From an uncultured virus (IMG/VR IMGVR_UViG_3300025732_000038) (Duplodnaviria; Heunggongvirae; Uroviricota; Caudoviricetes), in the IMG/VR virus record IMGVR_UViG_3300025732_000038: 64,000 bases of DNA; one strand, written 5' to 3'. Positions 8,283 to 16,217 of the stretch are shown here, piece after piece. A program made the translations under genes and the position numbers. Every line of letters begins with the position of its first letter. Position 1 is the first letter of the stretch. The notes beneath the pieces were generated by a model that did no database searches, was not told the origin of the DNA, and was given only the letters and a program-made list of their open reading frames with translations.

Positions 8283-8344
8283 CTGCCGAAACGCCGTGAG
8301 GCGTCGTTCGCAGGTTGCCCTCTGCGAGCCTGATGAGGCAGGGC
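8283..8344 (+). ncRNA. Type II hammerhead ribozyme with pseudoknot
   Basis: CTGCC-GAAA-CGCC(GTGA)GGCG-TC-GTTCGCAG(GTTGCCCT)CTGCGAGC-CTGATGA-GGCAG-GGC; complete core, three stems; GUC cleavage after 8305. Confidence 0.92.
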
Positions 8345-8358
8345 TGAAAGGAAATCAA

Positions 8359-8541
8359 ATGCTACTCGCACACCACAGCGATCTCTCGCTCGTGGAGAAG
8401 CACGACGATGTTGTTGATGCTCTCAACGCGTTGCCGTTTCTTTCTCTTGCGAAGTGGGAGTACAAGCGTCGTCATGACGCGCTTACATCGGGTCTCGCAC
8501 TTATCGTGCGTGCCCTCAACGAAAGGAACATCAAACTGTGA
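8359..8541 (+). CDS. Hypothetical early protein (genome-specific)
   Basis: AAAGGA SD then ATG at 8359 just after the ribozyme. Confidence 0.65.
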   Translation: MLLAHHSDLSLVEKHDDVVDALNALPFLSLAKWEYKRRHDALTSGLALIVRALNERNIKL

Positions 8542-8783
8542 AGCGGATGAAGTCGCTCGTTCTGAACGGGCTTATCGTGGAGTGGTGGGCTGACGCGCCG
8601 AGCGTTCAGGCTCATCTTGATTCTCTCGTCGTGCGCGAGATCATGTCCGATGATCGCGATGAGTGGGAGATGGCGCTATACAACGCCGACTCCCGTCGTC
8701 GTCGTCATCTGGACTACATCTGCGACGACAAGATGTGGGAGGCACGCGCCCGTCGGGTCAGCAAGCCCAAGTTGGTCAAGTGA
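8538..8783 (+). CDS. Hypothetical early protein (genome-specific)
   Basis: GTGA start/stop overlap, AAAGGA SD. Confidence 0.6.
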   Translation: MKRMKSLVLNGLIVEWWADAPSVQAHLDSLVVREIMSDDRDEWEMALYNADSRRRRHLDYICDDKMWEARARRVSKPKLVK

Positions 8784-8788
8784 TAGAA

Positions 8789-8873
8789 GCGTCGCACAAG
8801 ATGAGTCTTGTGCCACGCCGAGAGTTCATTTGATAGGTTCCTATCAAGTGTGCTGTCGGCGTGAAGTACACGC
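8789..8873 (+). ncRNA. Conserved structured RNA element (three-way junction) of unknown class
   Basis: GCGT/ACGC closing stem; GCACAAGA/TCTTGTGC hairpin; CACGCCGA/TCGGCGTG stem covarying with copy 2. Confidence 0.6.
8830..8847. promoter_or_regulatory. Palindromic operator-like site A3
   Basis: TTGATAGG-TT-CCTATCAA at the apex of a long stem. Confidence 0.8.
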
Positions 8874-8897
8874 ACACAAACAACAAGGAGAAACAAC

Positions 8898-9125
8898 ATG
8901 AGCAAGTCACAAAACCTGCGAATCATCGATTCGTACGAGTACGAGGGCATCTTCATCCCTCGTCCCGACGAGGAACCCGACACCGACTTCCTCGTCATCG
9001 GGGAGTACGACAACATGGACGACGACGACATGGTGGCGTTGGAGTGGCGCATTTCCAATCGCCTGCGCATGGAACGCGAGGCGTTGGGCATGTTCCACCA
9101 CTACAACAGGGAGGTGATGTCGTGA
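8898..9125 (+). CDS. Small acidic early protein
   Basis: AAGGAG SD; D/E-rich; homolog at 46126-46353. Confidence 0.8.
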   Translation: MSKSQNLRIIDSYEYEGIFIPRPDEEPDTDFLVIGEYDNMDDDDMVALEWRISNRLRMEREALGMFHHYNREVMS

Positions 9126-9517
9126 ACGAAGCACAGCGCAACATCATCGCTTTGCTCATGCGCTGTTATGGTAATTTCACTTGGAGTCAGCCAGGCGATT
9201 ACGGTGATTCCGTCACCGTTTGTAGTTACCTCACAGTAGAGGAGAACTACGATGAACTCATGCGGATTGTGAGCAACGCGACCTGTGTGGTCGTTGAGTT
9301 CCACTGGTTACCCAACCCCAACCGAGTGGAGTCGTTCTCGTTTGAGTGCCGTTATCCAACGAACCACTATTATCACCGTGGAATTCGTTATTGGCAAAGC
9401 GGTTCCGACAACCAAATCATCCCGTATGAGACGGGAGAAATAGCCGACCTCGGTCGGGCGTTTGCCGACGCATTCGGCTTACCAATCAGGTATCACGAGC
9501 AGGAAGGAAACCAGTGA
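9122..9517 (+). CDS. Hypothetical early protein (genome-specific)
   Basis: GGAGG SD, GTGA overlap; start re-assigned to 9122. Confidence 0.65.
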   Translation: MNEAQRNIIALLMRCYGNFTWSQPGDYGDSVTVCSYLTVEENYDELMRIVSNATCVVVEFHWLPNPNRVESFSFECRYPTNHYYHRGIRYWQSGSDNQIIPYETGEIADLGRAFADAFGLPIRYHEQEGNQ

Positions 9518-9945
9518 ACACGCAAACATCAGAATCATGGGCGGTCGTCCGCCCTCAGAACAAGGGTGAGTTCTACATGAAGTGGCAGGGCCACTATTGG
9601 TCTGGACTCGTCGCAGTACAGTCTCGCGGTCGTTGGTGGTACAAGGATGACGGGTTCGTTCACTTGTCAACTGATGACATGAATGAATGGTGGGGCATGA
9701 TGGAAATAGTTCGCCGTTTCCATGTGCGTCCGTCAAGTGACGCGCGAGAGAACGAGTATCTTGTCATCGCAGAGATGCCGTTCCCGCATGAGCACATTCT
9801 GCTCTCGCACAACTTCCGTTCACAGGACGAAGCGATTCGTTTCTTGGACGACATGTACGCGTCCACAACTTGCGTGTGGGACGCAGAGGTCTATGTCGGT
9901 GGCTCCACTCTGATGGAGTATCGCATGGAGCGAGGTCTGATTTGA
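9514..9945 (+). CDS. Hypothetical early protein
   Basis: Highly similar to 46598-47029. Confidence 0.8.
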   Translation: MNTQTSESWAVVRPQNKGEFYMKWQGHYWSGLVAVQSRGRWWYKDDGFVHLSTDDMNEWWGMMEIVRRFHVRPSSDARENEYLVIAEMPFPHEHILLSHNFRSQDEAIRFLDDMYASTTCVWDAEVYVGGSTLMEYRMERGLI

Positions 9946-9959
9946 TAGGTTCCTATCAA
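9942..9959. promoter_or_regulatory. Palindromic operator-like site A4 (overlaps TGA stop)
   Basis: TTGATAGG-TT-CCTATCAA. Confidence 0.8.
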
Positions 9960-10003
9960 CTCGGAAGCAACAACAACCAACAACAACAGAAAGGAAAGTA
10001 ACC

Positions 10004-11239
10004 ATGACATCAGCAGAGGATTTCACACCCGAAGCACCGCCGCTGTGCGATCTGTGCGGTGAGGCTTGCGGGGGTGACTTCGTCAGCATTCCACATCAAC
10101 GGACGTGGAACGTTGATACTTCCCGTTGGGATACAACGAACGCGAATGCGTGCGATGACTGCTATTTCGTGTGTCGCAACTGTTCACAGCCAACGATCAA
10201 CGACGAGCGTTATGTGTCCGAGATCAACGGTCATCCCTACTGTGAAGACTGTTACTACGAGACGCACTTCACTTGCGAGCGTTGCAGTTCCACGCACTAC
10301 ATGCGTCATGCCTGCACCAACAACTGGCGTGACGGTATGTACTGTCAGGATTGCAACGACGAGATTGAGAACGAGAACGACGACTACGATAGTGATTACG
10401 ATGACTACGATAGTCACCGTTCGGCATGGATTCGCTCGTACTCCGTCAAGGTGAGCGGCGTGTTCCGCAAGTGGAACGAGGAGTTGGGTCAAGCAACCAT
10501 CTCCATGCGTCCTCGTCGTGAGGAACCGTACTTGGGTTGGGAGTTGGAAACCAACATGCGTAGCGGGTCGGACTGGACGCTTCGCGAGCGTGGTGCTGAG
10601 GCTCTCGCGAATGCGGCGCCTTCTGACTACCTCATCATGAAGGAGGACGGAAGTATCTCTGGATTTGAGATCGTCACACAGCCGTGTGACTATCGCACTC
10701 ACTTGGAAATCTTTCCGTGGCAGATGCTTCGCACTCTTGCCAACGACTTCGGCATGACAAGTTGGCGTGGTGGTGGCGCTGGTCTCCATGTTCACATCAG
10801 CAAGTCATCGTTCAGCAAACTTCACCTCGGGGCGTTCTTGCAGTTCCATGACAAGAACACTCGCGAGTTGATCAAGTTGGCTGGTCGTGAGTCGTCGTAC
10901 TCCAAGTTCGGGCGCACCATCAACGATTGGGGTAGCCAGTACAAGCAAGACCGTGTCAAGCAGGCGCTTGGTCACGAGGTCAACGGCGACCGTTACGTTG
11001 CGGTCAATCTCCAGAATGATCACACTGTGGAACTGCGTTACTTCCGTGGCAGTCTCAAGCCCGAGACTGTCAAGGGCGTGTTGGAGTTCACGCATTCACT
11101 CTGGCTCTACACCAAGAAAACCAAGTTCACTTCGCTGGACTGTCACAAGAACATTCTCTGGGACGCATACCGAGGCTGGTTGTTTGACCAGCCAGAGTTC
11201 ACGCTCGCCCAGTCACTCGTCACTACACGTGGTCTCTGA
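10004..11239 (+). CDS. Putative amidoligase (COOH-NH2 ligase) with N-terminal CxxC zinc-finger repeats
   Basis: GWELET, EDGSI-GFEIVT-P, GAGLHVHIS, RYVAVN, TVELRYFRGS motifs. Confidence 0.85.
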   Translation: MTSAEDFTPEAPPLCDLCGEACGGDFVSIPHQRTWNVDTSRWDTTNANACDDCYFVCRNCSQPTINDERYVSEINGHPYCEDCYYETHFTCERCSSTHYMRHACTNNWRDGMYCQDCNDEIENENDDYDSDYDDYDSHRSAWIRSYSVKVSGVFRKWNEELGQATISMRPRREEPYLGWELETNMRSGSDWTLRERGAEALANAAPSDYLIMKEDGSISGFEIVTQPCDYRTHLEIFPWQMLRTLANDFGMTSWRGGGAGLHVHISKSSFSKLHLGAFLQFHDKNTRELIKLAGRESSYSKFGRTINDWGSQYKQDRVKQALGHEVNGDRYVAVNLQNDHTVELRYFRGSLKPETVKGVLEFTHSLWLYTKKTKFTSLDCHKNILWDAYRGWLFDQPEFTLAQSLVTTRGL

Positions 11240-11262
11240 CCACAGAACAGGAGATACATCAA

Positions 11263-12114
11263 ATGTGTTTGCTCATCTACGCCAGCCCCAACAACAACCC
11301 GTCCAAGAAAGCCTTGCGTCGTGCCGCGAACAACAACCCTGATGGGTTCGGGTTCGCTGTGCGCACCAACAAGGAAGTCTTGTACTACAAGTCCATGTCT
11401 ATTGAGGACACCATCAAGGAGTTCTTTGACCTCCGCAAGCGGTTCCCCGATAGCCATTCCATCTTCCATCTTCGCATCACCACGCATGGTGCTACGAATC
11501 TGGACAACTGCCATCCGTTCGTAGTGGATGACGCCATCGTGCTTGCGCACAACGGCATGCTCCCCATCAAGGAACAAGATGGCAAGTCTGACACTCGCCA
11601 GTTCGCGGAGGAATGGTTGCCGACGATGGGCGTCAAGGAAATGCTTGACGACCCTCGTGGCTTCGCAGAGTTGGAAGCATTTGCGACGGGTTCCAAGTTG
11701 GCTATCGTTTCCGCCAACCCGCAACTTGACCATCCGTTCTACATCGTGAACGAACGGCTCGGTCATTGGGACAAGGGCGTGTGGTATTCCAACTCGTCGT
11801 ACACCAAGAACTACAACTCGTGGATGTCGTATTCGTCTGCGTCGTGGCGTTCATACAACGGTCACGGCTACACCCCACAAGATGATGCGCTTGTCATCAA
11901 CAACTCGTGGCAGTGGGACGAGGAGCAAGACGAGTGGTACTACGAGGACGAGATTGTTGACTGGCGCTGTAATGTGTGCGACCTGACAACCACGATTGAC
12001 CTCGCTGACGACGAGCCTCGTGCCTGTCCGGAGTGTGGCACGTGCTGGTTCTGCGAGAAGGACTACTCGTCCTGCTACTGTTGGCATCCGAAACTACAAT
12101 TGGAAAGGAAGTAA
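11263..12114 (+). CDS. Class II (Ntn) glutamine amidotransferase with C-terminal zinc ribbon
   Basis: Cys2 nucleophile (MC), NPDGFG, HLRITTHG, NCHPF, HNG, SDT. Confidence 0.9.
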   Translation: MCLLIYASPNNNPSKKALRRAANNNPDGFGFAVRTNKEVLYYKSMSIEDTIKEFFDLRKRFPDSHSIFHLRITTHGATNLDNCHPFVVDDAIVLAHNGMLPIKEQDGKSDTRQFAEEWLPTMGVKEMLDDPRGFAELEAFATGSKLAIVSANPQLDHPFYIVNERLGHWDKGVWYSNSSYTKNYNSWMSYSSASWRSYNGHGYTPQDDALVINNSWQWDEEQDEWYYEDEIVDWRCNVCDLTTTIDLADDEPRACPECGTCWFCEKDYSSCYCWHPKLQLERK

Positions 12115-12234
12115 ATGAACTGGGTATTGCTCATCTCATTCTTGTGGGCGGGTATCGTCGTCGGTCTGATGGCGTTCTCGTTTCATGTCGGATACAATCA
12201 TGCTCTCTACGAACTACGGAAGGATAACGAATAA
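12115..12234 (+). CDS. 39-aa membrane peptide (not in ORF track)
   Basis: AAAGGA SD; MNWVLLISFLWAGIVVGLMAFSFHVGY... Confidence 0.6.
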   Translation: MNWVLLISFLWAGIVVGLMAFSFHVGYNHALYELRKDNE

Positions 12235-12431
12235 TGGAACCGACACTCAGTCTTGATGTAACCTTTGAGGAATTGTCTGCGCTTCACAAGACAATCGGTA
12301 TCGCGATTGACAACCTCAACAGCAAGGTCGCCCGTCTGGGTACTGACTCTCATCGGGGTAGCGATGCGCTCTCCGACCTCAACCTGCTAGCCAACATTCA
12401 ACGTCAGATTCTTGACCAACTCACCAACTGA
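12234..12431 (+). CDS. Hypothetical protein
   Basis: Translationally coupled ORF. Confidence 0.65.
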   Translation: MEPTLSLDVTFEELSALHKTIGIAIDNLNSKVARLGTDSHRGSDALSDLNLLANIQRQILDQLTN

Positions 12432-12440
12432 AAGGCAACC

Positions 12441-12875
12441 ATGAACAACAAACTCAGCACCAACGATGAACTCTTCAACTCGTTCCTTGTGTGGGCAACG
12501 AACGCCGACTCGTGGAACGACCAGTATGCCAGCGTATGGGCAAGGGGCAGTAGCCTCGACGAGTGGGACATTCAGGTCTTGCCGACGCAAGACCCGTACC
12601 ATCTGCTCCCCTTGTGCGTTCAGTCAACACCCAAGGACAGCGCACAGGAGTACATGATGATGATGTACGGCTGGGCCACCCCTGTCACGGAGGACAACGA
12701 GGAGGTGGAGGGCGAGGAACGTCGCCGCATCCGTGTCATCGTCTACTTCCACAAAGGGGAGGAACGTATCGCTCTCCAATTCAAGGGCGAAACGATTGAG
12801 GAAGTGCCGAACGGTGAGGGTATGTTCGGTGACGCAATCCGAGAACTTCGGGCAATCCAATCAGCAAACAACTAG
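12441..12875 (+). CDS. Hypothetical protein
   Basis: SD plus ATG, operon context. Confidence 0.7.
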   Translation: MNNKLSTNDELFNSFLVWATNADSWNDQYASVWARGSSLDEWDIQVLPTQDPYHLLPLCVQSTPKDSAQEYMMMMYGWATPVTEDNEEVEGEERRRIRVIVYFHKGEERIALQFKGETIEEVPNGEGMFGDAIRELRAIQSANN

Positions 12876-12883
12876 GAGGAAGC

Positions 12884-13144
12884 ATGAGAGAAGCATCAAC
12901 CCCGTACACGATGGTGTACTCCCCTCTTGTCTTCGTGGATTTCGATGAGCATGGCAACGTCCATTCTCACGAACTCCAATGGAGCGAGAACTGTGGGCTG
13001 TATGTCAACGACAACAAGAACAAGACGCGTTTCATCTTACAGGAGTTGCCTCAGGAAATCGTTGAGCGAGTGGACGATTACCTGAATGTGCTTGAACTTG
13101 TGCGTTGGTTCCAGCCAGAAGCCCAGCCAGATGAGCCGTTCTGA
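12884..13144 (+). CDS. Hypothetical protein
   Basis: AGGAGG SD; homolog at 49943. Confidence 0.75.
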   Translation: MREASTPYTMVYSPLVFVDFDEHGNVHSHELQWSENCGLYVNDNKNKTRFILQELPQEIVERVDDYLNVLELVRWFQPEAQPDEPF

Positions 13145-13271
13145 CAACACGGAACGCTGGGTATGCCCCAAGTGTGGCACCAAGTTGACAACCCATGTGG
13201 TACTATTGGAACCACCGTCATGTATCAAACACCGTGGCGGTTGGGTGAAGATGGTTCCCCAAAGCAAGTGA
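13131..13271 (+). CDS. Small zinc-ribbon protein
   Basis: WVCPKCG...PPSCIKH; conserved at 50190-50330. Confidence 0.65.
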   Translation: MSRSDNTERWVCPKCGTKLTTHVVLLEPPSCIKHRGGWVKMVPQSK

Positions 13272-13277
13272 CAGTAC

Positions 13278-13323
13278 GCCCCCTGCGCAGGTATCCCCTG
13301 CGTCGGGGGCTATTGTCGTTTCT
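13278..13323 (+). terminator. Probable intrinsic terminator of the early operon
   Basis: GC-rich imperfect hairpin plus T-rich tail; sequence-diverged but still paired hairpin at 50337. Confidence 0.6.
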
Positions 13324-13333
13324 GCCCCCTGCG

Positions 13334-13443
13334 TTGACAAACCCAAACGCTACAATCAACTTCGCCAGAAGTTGCTAGGGGGATACAGTATCCACGGCGC
13401 CCGAAGCGCCGTGGATTTGGTAACTACTACGGACACAAGGAGG
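13334..13443 (+). promoter_or_regulatory. Middle-gene promoter/leader with inverted repeats (possible origin)
   Basis: TTGACA, TACAAT, CAACTTC/GAAGTTG, GGATACAGTATCC, ATCCACGGCGC/GCGCCGTGGAT; stems invariant in copy 2. Confidence 0.55.
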
Positions 13444-13447
13444 ACAC

Positions 13448-13897
13448 TTGTCCAATCCCGAGAACTGCCCTGTGGCAGGACACCCGCCCACATGTCTCTG
13501 CGATGTGGTCGTCACAGAACCCGCCCCAATCCTAGCGGACTGGGCTAATGACGGGTGGTACACGAAGCAAATCATGGAACGGCTCGGTCTATCTACACCA
13601 TGGACAGATGAGACAATCCTAGAACTACTCGTCGCACAAGCCATGCTTCACGATGAGTTTGTGGTACAGTACAAACTTGAAGTTCTCTCCGAAGAGGAAC
13701 GCAAGCGGAACAAGAGTGAACGCAAGACCCTGATGTCACCCGAACAGATGAACGAAGTTCAACGCATGTTCATCAACGGTGCTACGACTACGGCTGTTCG
13801 TATCCATCTCCAATCCAAGTACGGGTTGGAACTAACCAAGACGTACGCGGCGCATCTGCGCCGACGCACGTTGGACAAGGTGAACCATGAGAGTTGA
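13448..13897 (+). CDS. Hypothetical protein, possible C-terminal HTH
   Basis: AAGGAGG SD, TTG start (ATG in copy 2). Confidence 0.75.
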   Translation: MSNPENCPVAGHPPTCLCDVVVTEPAPILADWANDGWYTKQIMERLGLSTPWTDETILELLVAQAMLHDEFVVQYKLEVLSEEERKRNKSERKTLMSPEQMNEVQRMFINGATTTAVRIHLQSKYGLELTKTYAAHLRRRTLDKVNHES

Positions 13898-14717
13898 ACA
13901 AACATCAGATGGCCTTGATGTGTATGTCAGGCAGTCGTGGATAAACGACGCGACGATGTGCGCAGAACGAGGACGCCAAGCGATGGTGCGACCGGAGTGG
14001 TCGAAGCCTAACGATGCCACGATTCTGGGCACGGCAGTTCATGCTGGCATCGCCTCCATCTTGGAGGGCACAGGCAACGGCACAACGGTCGCTCACGAGA
14101 AACTCAACGAGTTGCTCGCCGAACCGTTCATGCGTACGAGGTACAGCGACGAGGAACTTCATGACCATGCTCGCGAACTCATGTCCGAATGGGAACGCGA
14201 CGTCGCCCCTCATGTGGGCGAAGTGGTGGCCGTGGAGAAAGAGTTCTCGTTTCTGCTTGGCGAAATGGACGACGAGAAGATTGGCCATGTCCGCATCTTC
14301 GGCAAGGGTACAATCGACCTCGTGACGACTACCGATGTGTGGGATTGGAAGACCTCGGGTCGCAAGTACAATGCCAGAGAGAAGCAATCGCAAGCGGTTC
14401 AGCCGACGATGTATTCGGCTGCTGCTGTCGCCATGGGTTGGCTGGAGTATCCGGTCACGTTCAAGTATGGCGTTATGGTTCGTGGCGGTAAGGCACAGAT
14501 TTTGCCTGTCCATCGCAACGAAAGCCACGCCGAGTGGCTACGAAACATTGTTAGTCCGCTTGTGCGGACAGCGGTGTTGCTCGGCACTGACACATCATGG
14601 ACAAAGAATGACACGCACTACCTGTGTAGCGCAACGTGGTGTCCATGGTGGTCAATCTGTAAGGGAAGCAAACTGTCACCTAGTGACCTGACCCCAGAAG
14701 GGTATAGCAATGATTAG
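13887..14717 (+). CDS. PD-(D/E)XK RecB/Cas4-like exonuclease
   Basis: GTAVH, E, GTIDL, DWKT motifs; C-terminal Cys cluster. Confidence 0.85.
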   Translation: MRVEQTSDGLDVYVRQSWINDATMCAERGRQAMVRPEWSKPNDATILGTAVHAGIASILEGTGNGTTVAHEKLNELLAEPFMRTRYSDEELHDHARELMSEWERDVAPHVGEVVAVEKEFSFLLGEMDDEKIGHVRIFGKGTIDLVTTTDVWDWKTSGRKYNAREKQSQAVQPTMYSAAAVAMGWLEYPVTFKYGVMVRGGKAQILPVHRNESHAEWLRNIVSPLVRTAVLLGTDTSWTKNDTHYLCSATWCPWWSICKGSKLSPSDLTPEGYSND

Positions 14718-15156
14718 CAAGGACCAGTCAATCATCATGCAGGTCGCCGCAAAGATTGCGGCTGAACTGTGCACCAAGTCGGACAACTTGGAAGCGACGC
14801 TCTCCGATTGGGACGTGGCATTCAACTTTGTGAACGACAAACTCCAGACCACCAACGGTGTGGAGATGGTCAAGGCGGCGTTCCCCACGGCAACGATGGT
14901 GAGCGAGGATTCAATCTCCTCGTCCGCAGTTCAGGTAACCATCTCCCCCGCCACACCCAAGGGTGACGTGTCGGTGGTTGGCAAGCAGCACGGCGACCTC
15001 CCGCAGTGGCTCGTCTCCGCATGTCGCAAGGCGGGAGTTGTCAAGGTGTGGGACAATCGCGACCAAGCGGTTGGCACTCGTCGTCCGTGGTTCAAGCAGG
15101 CAGACGCACCCGAAGGTGCTGAACCCGCAGCGTTCTGGCCTCCGAAGGGAGCCTGA
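14710..15156 (+). CDS. Hypothetical replication/recombination-module protein
   Basis: Between exonuclease and helicase; VWDNR...RPWFK...FWPP; conserved in copy 2. Confidence 0.7.
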   Translation: MISKDQSIIMQVAAKIAAELCTKSDNLEATLSDWDVAFNFVNDKLQTTNGVEMVKAAFPTATMVSEDSISSSAVQVTISPATPKGDVSVVGKQHGDLPQWLVSACRKAGVVKVWDNRDQAVGTRRPWFKQADAPEGAEPAAFWPPKGA

Positions 15157-16217
15157 TGACCGCAGTAGACAGCGGAGAATTGCTGTCTAGGTGGGACGCA
15201 CTGGGGAGGGGCGAAGAGCCTCTCCCCAATGTGTCTACTGTGGAGACAGCAGTCAAGACACACAACTACTACCGTCCACTGGACGAAGCCGCTCACGAGT
15301 TTGTCCGATGGGCACAGTCGCCACACGAACGTATCTACACTGGGTTCGCAGACCTAGATGACCAGATGCGTGGCATCGCCCCCGGCGAGATGGCGTTGCT
15401 TATCGGCTACTCGCACTCGGGCAAGACGCTCACCCTGTTTGAAATGCTTTCAGCCAACCGCAACAAGAACGTGGTGTACTTCGTCCCAGACGAACCACGC
15501 ACCCTTGTGCTCATCAAGTTGGCTTGTGTTACTCACGGCGTGAACGCCTACGATTTGGAGCGCCTCATTGCCTCCGATGATTCGGGTGCGATTGACCTGC
15601 TTCGCGAGACAGCCAACGACTACTTCCCCAACCTCGCCGTGTTCGACCAGCCGATGGCTTTGTCGGACATGGAGAAAGCGATGGGCGAAGTGTGCGACGT
15701 GTGGGGACAGAAGCCCGACCTCGTTGTGTTTGACTATCTTGAATTGCTTCAAGGTGGCGGCGAGGACGTGCCGTCTAAGGCGAACACGATGAAAGCATGG
15801 GGGCGTAGGCACGATGTGCCGATGCTGATTCTCCATCAGACATCACGTTCGTCTGGTGCTGACGGTAGGCGCATGACCATCTCGTCTGGTTCGTTCGGTG
15901 GCGAACAGCAGGCGACGCACATCATCGGTGTGCGACGCAAGCGGTTTGAGATTGAGTCACAGATTCGTGAACTTGAAGCGAAACTGGACAAGTCATCTGC
16001 CAGTGAACGGGCGATGGAACAACTCGACATGCTCCGCTACAACGCCCGTATCCACGCCCATACCCTCACGCTCAACCTTGTCAAGAACAAGCGACCTGGC
16101 GGTACGCTGTTGGACGACATTGACTTTGAGATTGAGCATGGCACGGGACGCCTGCGTCGCTTACGTGACGGTGAACTGCCATCACAGTTCTTGAGCGAGG
16201 TACGCAGTGCTCACTGA
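15156..16217 (+). CDS. DnaB-like (SF4) replicative helicase
   Basis: GYSHSGKT Walker A, VFDYLELL Walker B, LHQ, VKNKR. Confidence 0.88.
   Translation: MTAVDSGELLSRWDALGRGEEPLPNVSTVETAVKTHNYYRPLDEAAHEFVRWAQSPHERIYTGFADLDDQMRGIAPGEMALLIGYSHSGKTLTLFEMLSANRNKNVVYFVPDEPRTLVLIKLACVTHGVNAYDLERLIASDDSGAIDLLRETANDYFPNLAVFDQPMALSDMEKAMGEVCDVWGQKPDLVVFDYLELLQGGGEDVPSKANTMKAWGRRHDVPMLILHQTSRSSGADGRRMTISSGSFGGEQQATHIIGVRRKRFEIESQIRELEAKLDKSSASERAMEQLDMLRYNARIHAHTLTLNLVKNKRPGGTLLDDIDFEIEHGTGRLRRLRDGELPSQFLSEVRSAH

Larger units (their letters stand above)
11327..12951. repeat. ~1.6 kb direct repeat, apparently identical to 48386-50010
   Basis: All ORF translations inside are identical and no mismatches were seen by eye; flanks diverge. 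Confidence 0.85.

Noticed and set aside
7755..9959. Palindromic repeats as a CRISPR mini-array or integron attC sites
   Set aside because: Spacing is irregular (about 500-1100 bp) with whole genes between; no cas operon, integrase or recombinase in the genome; no consistent attC core sites
13887..14717. Cas4-like nuclease as evidence of a CRISPR-Cas system
   Set aside because: Stand-alone in a replication/recombination operon, a common phage exonuclease context; no array
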